Assembly: GCA_004431415.1 (NCBI GenBank)
Contig: QPMI01000478.1
Span: 62,001 to 126,000 of the forward strand
Direction: 5' to 3'
Length of the DNA stretch: 64,000 bases
DNA from: Cyanophora paradoxa CCMP329
Taxonomy: Eukaryota > Plantae > Glaucophyta
This document shows, in pieces, positions 1 through 11,040 of the stretch. The position numbers and the translations under genes are program-made. The notes under the pieces are model-generated. The model was not told the origin of the DNA. It worked only from the letters and a program-made list of their open reading frames with translations, and did no database searches. Each line of letters opens with the position of its first letter. Within the stretch, counting starts at the first letter, position 1.

Positions 1-286
1 ATCATTAATGTCGAATAGAGCGAACTGACCGGATTCTTGCTCAAGACCGCCATCAAAAGCTCGGCTCCAGACTTGGCGGCGGTCGCCTGCAAGCCATTCC
101 AAGGCGATCGGATATCGCGAAATTCGAGAAGCAGAGAGTTACGAAAGACTCACGGAAACTGCTCCGGTGCTGGCCGCAACTGGAGCAACACTGGCGAAGA
201 AGTTCACCACCGCACCAGCCGTCTGCGCGCGCGGGCAGCCGATCGCGATTTGAGGAATGCGATGCGCACGCAAACGGAATTCCCCA

Positions 287-2822
287 ATTAATATTCATAA
301 CACAATCAGGGTCCGATTCATATCTATTTAAAATGTGACATCGTGACATCGAACCTCGCACCTCAGGGTCGGCCAGGTTGACTCCCGCCTTGTTCGCCTC
401 CGTTGTGACCGTCGTCATTGCTGATGCCATCGCGCTGGAGAGCTGCAGAGTGAATGCGTTAGAAATGTTAGGCGAAGAAAAGAGAAGGGTGGACTCAGGA
501 AATCCAACCAGGTTAAGCAGCGTCGAGTTCCCTGCGGCCTGCTGCAGGAGACGACGGCCGCGGCGGAGCGAGCTGCCTGAGGCGGCGTTGTACTTCGCCT
601 TGAGGCCGTGGACCAGCGCCACGATCTGCTTCATCTTCTGCTTGAAATCCAGTTTGTCGTTCTGCATCGCCTTATCTCAGTATTCACGCATTGTCGCGTG
701 TGGGATTAGTGTGTAGGCACGCGGGGATGCGACCTGCCGACCCTGGGCTCGGCGGGACGCGTGGGATCGCGAGGGATCGCTATCGCTCTGTAGTATTCTC
801 TAGAACCGTGTATCCCTATGAGTGATCTGTACCCGGACAGGCCCGGCGTACCCGTAGTAGCTATAATAAGCGGTGGCCGAGGCGTACTGACGCCGACGTC
901 GGCCCTAGCAGCACGTAGGCTGCACTAGCAACTAGCAGCACGAAGGCTGCACTATCTAGCTCCGCATGCACGATAATCATGCATGCGACACGCATTGAGC
1001 TGGCAATTGATTTGCGTACCGCAAGTATCGACGTCATCCGAGCGTTAAAGTCCGCGACGGTTGCCTGTTTGCAATAAAGGTATGCGTAACCAATATATAT
1101 AATTGAAGCGAACTGGCGTTGCGCGCGATTCGAGTGCGACACTCACCTCGAAGTCGCTCACAGCGTTTCCGGATGAAATAATTAGCGGAGTGACAGTAAC
1201 TGTGCCTGCGTTTGCGGTGGTAGATTTGCCCCCATTCGTGTTCGCGATTTCGACTGACACAATCGCCCGAATGGCACTCGACGATACCTTATCCATGATT
1301 TAGCAAGCCCGAGAAATATTAGCGAACTTTAACGATACATGTGGCATTAATATTGTCAGAGCTTACCGCGGGGAAGAAGAGTTCAAGCGGCATTGTCAGA
1401 GCTTTAGTGTAGACGGTGACGGCGCTGCTGGAGTCCGATGTGGTGTAGGAAACGGTGTACGTCAGCGTGGTCGGAGTCCAGCCCGAGCAATTGACCTGGG
1501 CCCGCAGGCTTAGGCGCCGATACTTGATGGCATAAGCTTAAGAAGGAATGCAAGCGTACCGTTGCGGGCTCGACGCCGGCCTTGACAGAAGCCGGCTCGA
1601 TCGTGCATATCCCTCCCGAAGGAGCCGCTGAACCCCGCCAATTGCAAAAACCAACGTTAACATGTACAGGAACTTAGATTGCAGATGCGGGCCTCATTCG
1701 CATTTTTAGAGCGGACCTGTCTTCTCATCGACATTTGGGGCTTCTGTGGGTGCAGGCGCCGGCAGCGGTGTTGGTGACGGCGTCGAGCTTTGTCCAGAAT
1801 GCACGTGCACATGTACATGCCATGATCCGATGATCAATATTCCAATCTACACAACGTTAACAGCGCAGTCCCTTGCGCGCACCTCGGCGCCGGCGAAGGA
1901 GTTGGGCTTGCGGTAGCGCTCGGGCTCGGGCTCGGGCTCGGGCTTGGTGTTGGCTGCACGTGCACAGCGATTAGCCGCGTGGTGAAGCATTTAATTTGCC
2001 GCATTTGGCCCAGAGCTGAAACGTAATATATCTATAATCGCCCCCGGGCCTACCACATAGTGGTATGCGCTCGTAAGCAACGGCTCGGACGGGTCCGAGT
2101 GCTCGCCAATGGCAGATACAGCCTCGGCGACGCAGCTCGTGTTTAGAAAGCTGCTGGACAGGGGCAGAGCAGCGGTTGCCGTGATCGTGAAGCTGACACT
2201 CGTCACGGATGGGTCCCCAATAGAAGTCGTGGGTATGGTGGCCGTCCCATTGCCGCTCACGTCCCCCGCGCACTTCAGGAACACGCTCGCGATTCCCGGC
2301 AGGGGCAAGAAGGTCACAGTAGCAGAGATGGACGCGAATTCCGAAGAAATGTTCGCGGAATCGATGGTCGGTTTGAGCGGAGTGCGTCCTTTGGCTGCAA
2401 AAATATTATCACGATTGCAGTACCCGAGCGTATCGATTGCAGCGGTTACGTCACTTTAACTTACGTGTGCGCGGACGCACCCATAATTTGGAACTTGAAT
2501 CCCTCTCCTCCGTTCACGTTTGAAGCTCTGCGTACGGCGATGTAATACGTTTTGCCTTTGAGAAGAGCTGCCGAAGTCATGTCGCCGAAAAACGATAATG
2601 GAGTATAGTAGTTTGACCATGAGGCCACTGCAGCGAAAGACGAAATATCATTAATATTTAATACATTTTATTATTTTATTGTGCGCGGTACTGAAGTGCG
2701 TGCCTCTCGGCGCCACGGTCCAGCTGTCAGTTGAGAGCACGTAGCCAGAGCATTCGACAGGTCCGAGAATGTACACCGGATTGAAGCGGAACTGTCCAAC
2801 TCTCCAGCGGACAATTGCAAGC
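287..2822 (-). CDS. 3' exons of a multi-exon host gene (large secreted/surface protein); exon boundaries approximate
   Basis: Minus-strand coding blocks (ORFs 53-667, 1045-1296, 1991-2317) separated by short AT-richer intron-like gaps; S/T-rich beta-type sequence and an RRLLQ motif; same strand as signal-peptide exon at 58419. Confidence 0.5.
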
Positions 2823-2830
2823 CTATATAT
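2822..2830. repeat. Left copy of 9-bp direct repeat CCTATATAT (candidate target-site duplication)
   Basis: Identical to 54663-54671; both lie where host-like sequence changes to virus-like sequence. Confidence 0.65.
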
Positions 2831-3188
2831 GAGGGCCATCAATGGGCCAAACGCGAAAAGTCAACTCCGAGAGCTCGAGACTCGGAAGTGACGCTTGGAT
2901 TGCGGAGGTTCTTATAACCGCCGCAACAGCTGTGGGGGTACCCCCTCCGAGGCTGGCGATCGCGGCGATCACGACCCTGGCGATCGCGATTTTCTCCCGA
3001 TCGCGACCCTTTTCGATCGCGATTTCGAGATCGGGGACATTAATGCGATCGCGAGAAAGGAAAAATCGGAAAAGGCCGAAAAGTGCCGTTTTCACGCGTG
3101 AAATCGATCGAAAACGAGGGTTCGAATCCCGGGCCCGGATTTGGACTTGGTCAGAATCTCGAGTCAAAATGGGAGAAAAATGTGACCT

Positions 3189-3247
3189 GGGACTTGGGAC
3201 TTGGGACTTGGGACTTGGGACTTGGGACTTGGGACTTGGGACTTGGG
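3189..3247 (+). repeat. (GGGACTT)8 tandem array, copy 1
   Basis: 8 perfect units followed by GGGAAGAGTTAGA. Confidence 0.95.
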
Positions 3248-3305
3248 AAGAGTTAGAATCAGAGTCTGGACTCAAAAGCGGGGAAATTTTCGGACGGGGA
3301 GAAAA

Positions 3306-3776
3306 ATGTCAGGCAATCTCTATTACGATTTCCCCTTTGAGTTGCATATGGCATTCGAGAGGCTGCGCGAGTTCTGGCGTTGGCACCTCACAGGACATGA
3401 CATTCCCGACATAACACCAGAGCCCAACACACAGGGCGTGCTTGAAGTCATCCGTCAATATCCGCGTCGATTCAATGAATGGATCGAGTTCCACGCAACG
3501 AACCGTTTCCAGAGTCTCCCCGAGGCCATACGCGAAAATTTCGTGAGGCTGGTGGGACCAGGCTACGACAACCCTAACAATCATAGACCACGCCCAGCTG
3601 GCGTGACGCGCGAAGCTCGAGAAGACCGTAGACTTTTCCGCAGGGAATTGAGAGAGGATAGACGGAGGCTTTCAATGGGGCTCCCGCAGATTGTGAGGGG
3701 GTACAGCCCGGATTACGAGACTTACCAAGAATTGTACGGCTTCGAAAATCCCCTTGAGAGGGTACTACCAGGGTGA
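3306..3776 (+). CDS. Viral hypothetical protein with weak F-box-like LPE motif
   Basis: ATG 3306 after AAATTTTCGG; FQSLPEAIRENFV resembles motifs in the ORFs at 52971 and 53714. Confidence 0.6.
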   Translation: MSGNLYYDFPFELHMAFERLREFWRWHLTGHDIPDITPEPNTQGVLEVIRQYPRRFNEWIEFHATNRFQSLPEAIRENFVRLVGPGYDNPNNHRPRPAGVTREAREDRRLFRRELREDRRRLSMGLPQIVRGYSPDYETYQELYGFENPLERVLPG

Positions 3777-4114
3777 GGGGCCAGGGGGCCCCCTGAGGGT
3801 GTACCCCCCATCCGAGACTCGACCTTCGGCGGACGCACTCGGGCAATTTCCGTCAGGCCGGCTCCTTTTTCTGTCTTCGGTCCAACGCTAAATTTGGCTT
3901 TTTTCAGGCCAGTTGGCAACGTTTTCCGTTGCGAACTAGCCCAGGAAAAAATTCGCCCACAAAACCGCGGTCCGCCGCCATTTTGCCTCACTCTTGAAAC
4001 GGGTTCGCCGCCTTCTCTCAGCCCAAGGAAACCCTGCCTCTCCGAATTTTCACAAGTCCGCTCTCTCAGTCACCTCACGTTTTGCCTTTGCTGAACTCTT
4101 TTCCCTTTGCGCAG

Positions 4115-5179
4115 ATGTCGACTCCCGCTGAGCTTGCCGAGGACCTCGCCACTGTCCAAGCGACGTGGGCTAACTCCCGCGTTGGGGCTACCCCTGAGAT
4201 GGATCAACGCGCCAAGGCTCTGGGGTACATGTACGACTACTACATCGACATACACGGCTACCCCCGCGTCAACCTTTGTCTCACGCCTGCCCACGCGGCC
4301 AAGCTCAAGCGAGCCAAGGCCAAGCAACCCAAGCCCGAGCCCCCCGTCGACGTGCCCCCCGTCCCCGGCTGGGTCAAGACTCCCACTGGCTGGGGCGACC
4401 CCAAGCTTTTCGCCGAGTCTGCCGCCGAGACGCTCGCCTGGGCCTATCCCCCTCAAGTCTTCACGAATTTCCCCCCTCCGTCATCGTCGTCATCTGCCCC
4501 TCAGCCCGTCGCCGAGCCCGCCCCCGAGCCCGCCGATGACGCCAAGTCCGAGGCCTCTGACGCCGAGTCTGACATCAACGACTTCATCGACTTTGACGTG
4601 CCGATTCCATACGACTCTGAGTCGTCTTCTGACTCTGAAGGCGACAACGAAAACCCGACTCGCAAGCGCCGCATTATCAAGACCAAGTCAATCGTCAAGA
4701 AGAAGTTCATGGAGACTACGTCATTCACCGACAACTCCGAGCGCGTCAAGGACCCCGCCAAGGAAAACGCCAAGGACTTGAAGCTCGGCGCTGGCATTGC
4801 CCGTTCTCGCGTGACGTCACACTACAGCGAGCGCCTGACTCAGCACGTCAAGACCATTGAGAAGCGCGTCCTCTGCAACGAGCTTCGCAAGGAGTTGGAG
4901 CGCAAGCGGCGCCACGAGCGGATTCGCCAGCGCGAGATGCACAAGGCCCGCGTCGCCGAGCGCAAGCAGAAGGAGGCAGCCGAGCTCAAGGCGCGCATCG
5001 AGGCTCAGCGGCAGCGCGAGGCAGAGGCGGCAGCGGCCTTGGCGGCGCAGCGCGAGCAGGAGCGGCAGGACTTAGTGCAGGCAGCGCAGGCCCTTCCCCG
5101 CATTCCCCTTAAGTCGGCGCCCGAGGCCCCGATTGACTTGGTTTCCGATGACGATGACTCTGACTTTGAGATGCTGTAA
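4115..5179 (+). CDS. Viral hypothetical protein (acidic and coiled-coil regions); probable 5'UTR intron 4056-4114
   Basis: Long GC3-rich ORF; ATG directly follows a GTCCGC...GCGCAG intron-like segment. Confidence 0.75.
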   Translation: MSTPAELAEDLATVQATWANSRVGATPEMDQRAKALGYMYDYYIDIHGYPRVNLCLTPAHAAKLKRAKAKQPKPEPPVDVPPVPGWVKTPTGWGDPKLFAESAAETLAWAYPPQVFTNFPPPSSSSSAPQPVAEPAPEPADDAKSEASDAESDINDFIDFDVPIPYDSESSSDSEGDNENPTRKRRIIKTKSIVKKKFMETTSFTDNSERVKDPAKENAKDLKLGAGIARSRVTSHYSERLTQHVKTIEKRVLCNELRKELERKRRHERIRQREMHKARVAERKQKEAAELKARIEAQRQREAEAAAALAAQREQERQDLVQAAQALPRIPLKSAPEAPIDLVSDDDDSDFEML

Positions 5180-5253
5180 ATAGTATTGCGTCATTCCATT
5201 GTACATACTTGTAAAAATTGGCCGACTATTCAGTTATGACTTGGCGCGATCCT

Positions 5254-5326
5254 GGGACTTGGGACTTGGGACTTGGGACTTGGGACTTGGGATTTGGGAC
5301 TTGGGACTTGGGACTTGGGACTTGGG
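5254..5326 (+). repeat. (GGGACTT)10 tandem array, copy 2 (one GGGATTT variant)
   Basis: Direct reading; downstream flank similar to copies 1 and 3. Confidence 0.95.
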
Positions 5327-5753
5327 AAGAGTTAGACTCAGGGTCTGGGCCCAGACTTTCTCTGGATCTGAGAGTTTGCTGCACCAAGTCCCTAACCACC
5401 GGGCAGACTTAGAAAGGGGTACGGAATTCTGGATACGACGTTTCTGGTGACATTCCAGGTGAGATTTCAAGCGAGGTAGAGTCTGAACTGTCGTACGACT
5501 TGTAGCATGATACTGGACATGAAAGCTCACGAGAGTATGCAACCGAAAAAGGATGTGAAGAGGGGTAGGAGTATTCGTGCGAGATGTCGAGAGAAGGAGG
5601 GTACGAGATGGGATACGAGTAAAAAAGACTACGAGTAAAAAAGAGTACGAGGGTTGGTAGGAGTAAAAAAGTCGGTAGAAAAACTCACCTGACTTGTCTG
5701 ACAAATTTCTGATCCTGGAGAAAGTCTGGGCCGGGACCTGGGTTTCAACTCTT

Positions 5754-5812
5754 CCCAAGTCCCAAGTCCCAAGTCCCAAGTCCCAAGTCCCAAGTCCCAA
5801 GTCCCAAGTCCC
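5754..5812 (-). repeat. (GGGACTT)8 tandem array, copy 3, inverted relative to copy 2
   Basis: (CCCAAGT)8 on +; flank 5708-5753 is an imperfect reverse complement of 5324-5372. Confidence 0.95.
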
Positions 5813-5836
5813 AGGTTTTTCTGAACCTAGGGCAAA

Positions 5837-6202
5837 ATGGCCCTGCTCCGGTGCACCGACTCGCAAGACGTCGCCTACAACGTCCTGGTCAACTCGGACG
5901 TACCCCCGAGTGCCTTGGAGTTTCCCTGGAGAGTGGACAGGGACAGGGTGAGCAAGACGTTTGGAGGGCGCAAGCACTACCTCTCCCAACTGATCCTCGG
6001 GAAGTCGCCACGTGGACGTTACGTGGAACACATCAACGGCAACCCGCTGGACTACAGGAGGGAGAACCTACGCTGGGCATCAATGTCGGAGATTCGCAAG
6101 AAGAGGAGGGGGTACGCCAATTTACAGGAGAAGAGCGAGGAAATTGCGGAGATGATGGAGGCGGCACAGGCGCTAATGCAGCTTAGCCAGTCTAGATGCT
6201 AG
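5837..6202 (+). CDS. HNH endonuclease-like protein (HNH_3 type)
   Basis: VEHINGNPLDYRRENLRW motif; upstream TTTTTCTGA. Confidence 0.8.
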   Translation: MALLRCTDSQDVAYNVLVNSDVPPSALEFPWRVDRDRVSKTFGGRKHYLSQLILGKSPRGRYVEHINGNPLDYRRENLRWASMSEIRKKRRGYANLQEKSEEIAEMMEAAQALMQLSQSRC

Positions 6203-6974
6203 TGGTGTGAATCTTAGTGTCGTACTCACGGTCGATCGTGCTCCAGGCTACGTAGTTTGTAGCCGTGCCGTTTGCAGGGTTGGTGGTGGCGGTGGTGTAG
6301 TCGGCCTCCGCTTCTATCAGCTCGGCCATGAGGGTAGAGCCCACGACCATTCCAGAGGTAGGCATACCCGCAATGTTGTTGTACAATTTGAAAGTGAATT
6401 TCGTGAAGAGAAGCCGGGGCCAGACCTGGGTACGGGGATTCGAGGAATCGTAGGAAAACGAGGTACCCGAGACTCCGCCCGTGGTGGCATTCGTCATCAT
6501 CTCCTTTGCGGTCATCTTCCAGAGGTTGTACATCTCAAAGGGGACGGCCTGTGTAGTTTTGCGCGTGCTATCGATGGCAGCACCGTCGATGTGAGTCTTG
6601 GAGCCGCCATTAAATGTGCGGGTGAGGGCGGTGTTCGCAGTGAACTTGAGCTCGAGCACGCGAATCGCGGGCCGATCGGGTACGGAGGGCTCTATCTTTT
6701 TAAGGAGGCCGGAAAGCCAGAGGGCCTCGGCCTCGTCCGCGCTCACGCCCGAGTCGATGTCAAAGTACACGTACACGGAGCAGGAGGCGGGATTCTCGAA
6801 GTCGTTGGAGGTGATGCGCAGCATGACTGGATTCTGGATTTTCACGGTCAGCATGGAGGCGTAGTTGCCGTCCCAGACCACGGAATCCGTCCCAGCGTTG
6901 GCCGCTACGGTGTCGCCGTAGAAATCGGGGGTAGGCAGCACGGTCTTCACGATGGTGGCCGAGGTGGTCGGCAT
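6192..6974 (-). CDS. Putative virion protein, paralog of 6998-7678
   Basis: Shared blocks QNPV, SGL(L/V)KK, LE(L/V)KF, PR..FT.F.F, L.AEL.E; ATG at 6974. Confidence 0.75.
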   Translation of the reverse strand: MPTTSATIVKTVLPTPDFYGDTVAANAGTDSVVWDGNYASMLTVKIQNPVMLRITSNDFENPASCSVYVYFDIDSGVSADEAEALWLSGLLKKIEPSVPDRPAIRVLELKFTANTALTRTFNGGSKTHIDGAAIDSTRKTTQAVPFEMYNLWKMTAKEMMTNATTGGVSGTSFSYDSSNPRTQVWPRLLFTKFTFKLYNNIAGMPTSGMVVGSTLMAELIEAEADYTTATTNPANGTATNYVAWSTIDREYDTKIHTTSI

Positions 6975-6997
6975 TTTGCGATCTCGAATGAGAAAGA

Positions 6998-7678
6998 TTA
7001 TCCGTAGAAGAGGGCGATGTCGTTGCCGATGCCCGAGATGCGGGCCGCGGGCTGCACGGCGTCGGAGCCGGTGGTGTGCCTGTAGGAAATCGAGCACTCG
7101 CGCAGCTCCGCGCAGAGGCTGGCGCCCGTGCTGAAATGGGGCTGGTCTGCGGCGTACGTGAGGGGGAAGACCTGGAACTTGAAGAAGGTGAAGGGAAAGC
7201 GGGGTAGCCCGGAAGCGCGCGGGTTGCCGCCCGTGTAGAGGGCCCCCAGGGTCGCGGGGCTCGGGTTGAACTTCGTGAAGAGCACGTCACCCTTGAGCGT
7301 ACCCCGCGCAGTAAACGCACCCGTACCCGGCAGGTCGGTACCCGTGTACTGGTTCACGGTGGGGCCGTACCCCGTCTCCCTGAACTTGACCTCGAGACAG
7401 CGCAGGACGTTGGCCGTGGCCGTGGCAGGCGCCACCTTTTTCACGAGGCCGGATTCGTGCAGCAGCTCGATTACCTCTGCGCTGAGGCTGGAAGGGTCGA
7501 AGAAGAGCTGATAGGAGTAAATCTTGGGCGTGGCGTAGGCGTTCTGAACGACCTGAATCACCACAGGATTTTGCAGAAAGACGTCGACGTAACTGCCGGA
7601 GGGGATTCGCGCGAAATCCTTGGTGTTGTTGCCAACGTCAAGTGAGCCGCTGAGGGTCTGGTACCAGTTGGAAGTCAT
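6998..7678 (-). CDS. Putative virion protein, paralog of 6192-6974
   Basis: Same conserved blocks; beta-rich composition. Confidence 0.75.
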   Translation of the reverse strand: MTSNWYQTLSGSLDVGNNTKDFARIPSGSYVDVFLQNPVVIQVVQNAYATPKIYSYQLFFDPSSLSAEVIELLHESGLVKKVAPATATANVLRCLEVKFRETGYGPTVNQYTGTDLPGTGAFTARGTLKGDVLFTKFNPSPATLGALYTGGNPRASGLPRFPFTFFKFQVFPLTYAADQPHFSTGASLCAELRECSISYRHTTGSDAVQPAARISGIGNDIALFYG

Positions 7679-7717
7679 TTACCCCGGCGCAGATATTTTT
7701 TCGGATCGTAGAGGAAA

Positions 7718-9649
7718 ATGCCCCGCTTCGTATTCGTGAAGAAACAGGTGGTGCAGGCCCCACAGTACGGCGTGGAGCCAATTTCGCTGACTGTGGGCAG
7801 GCCCCAGATCCGATCGGGCGCTGTGCTTGACAATGGAGGCGGCACATATGGGTTTCGATTGAACTGGAACGCGGTCACTGACGCAGTCAAGTACAAGGTT
7901 TACAGAGGGACAAACGTTGACGGGCCGTGGACACTGGTGACCACGGTGAACGCACCCACGGGCACGTACACTGACTCGCCCTTTAACTTGGGCGATGTCC
8001 GAATCTACCGAGTGGCGGCCGTGCGCGAGCAGAGCGGCAGCAGCACCGGCTCGGATGGTAAAGCCCCGCCTACCACCTACGCGCAAACCCTTCTCTACAC
8101 GCACGAGGGCGCCATGAGCAATTACATTTTCTTCCAAGGCATCCGGCCCTTTACTCCCCCAGTCGAAGCCTACACCACGCTCACGACCGCCGCGGCCCAG
8201 ACCTACGGCGATTTTATCGCAGGGGGCGGCCCTGCGTCTGCGGGCTTCCCGAAGCCCACCTTTGTTGTCACAATCAACTGGGTGGCCATGGAGGGCGCGG
8301 ACTCGATTCGCATTTACAGAGATGGTACCCCCATCGGATTCGCGAGCAGCGGACTATCTACCTCGTACATTGACGATAGCACTGCCCTCGCATGGGGTAC
8401 GGAATACTCCTACCAGGTGGCCGGCATCGTGGGCGGGGTCGAATACGAAAAGTCCGATCCACTCCCGGTCTGGACGATGCCGAACGCACCCACGAACGTG
8501 ACGGCGACCGCACCCAACGATCAGCAGCAGCCCGTCAGCCTCAACTGGAGTGCTTCCACGGGAGCAACGGGGTACAAGATTTACAGAGACGGGGCCTACC
8601 TCGCAGACTCCGCGACCAACTCATACAGCGACGCGACCACGGTCTGGGGTACGGGGTACGAGTACCAGGTCTCCGCGACGAACTCGGGAGGGGAGGGGCC
8701 GAAGAGCGTGACCATCAGCGTCACCACAGATCCGGCGGCACCGGCCTCAATCTCCACTTCACAGCCCTCGTCGGATACTCCCAGCGTTGCCATCACCTGG
8801 ACACCCCCTGCAATTGGCGCGGCCACCTCCTACAACGTCTACAGAGGGGGCATGGAAATTGGACACAATGTTACGAGCCCATACACGGACACCACTGCGG
8901 CGTCGTTTGTGGTTAACACATACTACGTTAAGGCTGTCAATATTGTGGGCGAGGAGGGCCCGACATCGAACTCATCGGCTATCACTCCCACGTCCGCCTC
9001 AGCCCCGCCGGTGGCATCGGGGCTGGTTTTGATGCTGGACGCTTCGGATGCCACGACATTTACATTGTCAAGTTCCAATGTCGTCCAATGGCGGGACAAG
9101 AGCCCCAATGGCAACCATTTCGGTCAAGTGGCTGGTCACGGGCCCCCTACGCGCACCCTTACTCGCAACGGGCGCTCTGTTGTTTCCTTCGATGGTACCC
9201 AGCTGCTGGTCCCGACAGCTGACGTTGGGCCATTTAACACCTCTGGTGGGACGTTCATCGTGGTAACAAAACCTACGGGCCCAAATGGGGGTGCGTATAA
9301 GACCCTGTATGATTCCTCCACAGCCGTTCCAATGCTGTGGTACCGCCCTGATACCAGACTCGAGCTCGATACCAGCACGACGGCTATCTCATCGACCTCA
9401 TTCCTGAACACATGGCTGTATTCTTTCCACTCGGTGGGCAGCACGAGCGCCTGGTATTTGCAAGGCACTTACCGATCTGCCTCTGCCGTCCCTTCAAATA
9501 CAAGAATGACATTCTGGCACCGTGGCTATGATATCAATACTCGTTACGTAGGCGATATGGCTGAGCTGCTCATCTACGATCGACCACTTACATCATCGGA
9601 GCGTGACCTAATCTTTAGCTACATTCGATACAAATGGGGGTTCTCGTAA
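7718..9649 (+). CDS. Fibronectin type III repeat protein with C-terminal LamG/concanavalin-like domain (candidate attachment protein)
   Basis: About four FN3-like repeats (W...A..YKIYR...YTD...Y.Y.V.A.N..GE), then LVLMLDASD...VVQWRDKSPNGNH...GDMAELLIYDRPLT. Confidence 0.85.
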   Translation: MPRFVFVKKQVVQAPQYGVEPISLTVGRPQIRSGAVLDNGGGTYGFRLNWNAVTDAVKYKVYRGTNVDGPWTLVTTVNAPTGTYTDSPFNLGDVRIYRVAAVREQSGSSTGSDGKAPPTTYAQTLLYTHEGAMSNYIFFQGIRPFTPPVEAYTTLTTAAAQTYGDFIAGGGPASAGFPKPTFVVTINWVAMEGADSIRIYRDGTPIGFASSGLSTSYIDDSTALAWGTEYSYQVAGIVGGVEYEKSDPLPVWTMPNAPTNVTATAPNDQQQPVSLNWSASTGATGYKIYRDGAYLADSATNSYSDATTVWGTGYEYQVSATNSGGEGPKSVTISVTTDPAAPASISTSQPSSDTPSVAITWTPPAIGAATSYNVYRGGMEIGHNVTSPYTDTTAASFVVNTYYVKAVNIVGEEGPTSNSSAITPTSASAPPVASGLVLMLDASDATTFTLSSSNVVQWRDKSPNGNHFGQVAGHGPPTRTLTRNGRSVVSFDGTQLLVPTADVGPFNTSGGTFIVVTKPTGPNGGAYKTLYDSSTAVPMLWYRPDTRLELDTSTTAISSTSFLNTWLYSFHSVGSTSAWYLQGTYRSASAVPSNTRMTFWHRGYDINTRYVGDMAELLIYDRPLTSSERDLIFSYIRYKWGFS

Positions 9650-9652
9650 TCG

Positions 9653-10466
9653 TTACGCAGGATTGACGAGCTCCCCTGTGAAGCAGCTGTAGTTTCCGCC
9701 GTGCAAGGAGCCCAGTCTCAGGTGCAAGGATACTTGTGTTCCTTGTGTAAGGTACACGATAGTGTTAAAGGTTAGCGGTTTGTACACTTGTGGGAAATCT
9801 GGATCTCCATCCGAGGTAGCTGTGGCCACGACAGAAGTACCCATCACAAGATCCACGAATGTTCGAACAGAAGGCGAGTTATCGGTAATCCCCACGTAAG
9901 TAAACCGGTAATATCCAGTGATAGGGCACGTAAAGTCACCGGTGGAGGGGTTCCACGAGGCCGACGCAGCATTGTTTACCCAGTTTGTGATTTTCATTCC
10001 TGTACTCGTGTTCAGTGGACCCGGAAGCACAGCACAGAAGAAGGGTTTTTGGATGTGGTGTAGGTATCCACCCTGAATGACCACATTTCCGTTCACTCTT
10101 AACCCACCAACAACATTTGCACCCCCTCCCTGCACGTACAGTGCTGCGTTGCCTTCCCCGTCAGCGCCACCATTGAATGTAAGAGCGTTTGTAGTGTGCC
10201 CGCTCCCGTCCCACGCCCCGTTCGTGACGGTGAGCCTCTGCGTCCTCACGCGCCCCGGCACGGCCGACCCGCCCTCCCGCGTGCGCATCTTGTCGCAGCG
10301 CAGCTCGCCGACGCGGACGAGGTCGGCCTCGGAGAAGGGGACGGCCGTGGCGTTGTAGGGGGTCTCGGTGGCCTGGTTGCCGAGGGTTGTCTCTTTGATC
10401 GTGTGATCCGCCTTGTGATTCACGCTGGCAGCGTAGGTGAAGAGCTGCGCAAAAGAGTCAGGCCAT
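9653..10466 (-). CDS. C1q/TNF-like domain protein (candidate fiber head); start codon apparently 1 nt out of frame
   Basis: WNPSTGDFTCPITGYYRFT...LTQGTQVSL...FTGELV C1q signature; ATG at 10466 is one base off the ORF frame. Confidence 0.75.
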
Positions 10467-10543
10467 GTCAAAAACAGAAATAGAAAAGGATGGGGTACGC
10501 ACCGGAACAGCAACCGACATTTTCTAAGCCCTTAGAAAAAGCG

Positions 10544-11035
10544 ATGGATCACATTGCAATCCCCATTTGCGGCCCTCGAAATGTGGGGAAGTTCATGTTA
10601 GTCGACAGTGGAGACCTACCATTGGTTGCCCAGAAGAAGTGGTATCTCAGTACCCATGGGTACCCAGTAGCTTACATCTGGCACTCTCATTCGAAATGTT
10701 CAACCGTTTTCGCTCATCGCATCATCGCGGGCGCTTCTGGTCGGCACGTCTCGGTGGATCACAAAAACCACAACCTGCTTGACAATCGGAAGGGTAACCT
10801 CCGCCTGTGTACACATGCCGAGAATCTCCGCAATGTCAAGGTGCGTAATCAAGCATCGAAGACCTCAAAGTACAAAGGTGTGGGCTTCAACAAGCAAAAG
10901 CAACGTTGGCGGGCACGGGTGCGGCTTAATGGCAAGGAGCACACTGCCCATTTTGACACTGAAGAGGAGGCTAGGCAGTGGTACGATAGGAAGTGCGTAG
11001 AGCTGTTTGGTGAATTTGCATACCCAAATCCTTGA
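10544..11035 (+). CDS. HNH-AP2 homing endonuclease
   Basis: VDHKNHNLLDNRKGNLR (HNH) plus SKYKGV...RWRARV...FDTEEEA...FGEFA (AP2). Confidence 0.92.
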   Translation: MDHIAIPICGPRNVGKFMLVDSGDLPLVAQKKWYLSTHGYPVAYIWHSHSKCSTVFAHRIIAGASGRHVSVDHKNHNLLDNRKGNLRLCTHAENLRNVKVRNQASKTSKYKGVGFNKQKQRWRARVRLNGKEHTAHFDTEEEARQWYDRKCVELFGEFAYPNP

Positions 11036-11040
11036 AAGCA

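Noticed and set aside
3189-5812. GGGACTT arrays as true telomeres or a CRISPR array
   Set aside because: Internal, short, with unique sequence on both sides and no spacers; the WDLGLGT/PSPKSQV ORFs over them are repeat translations
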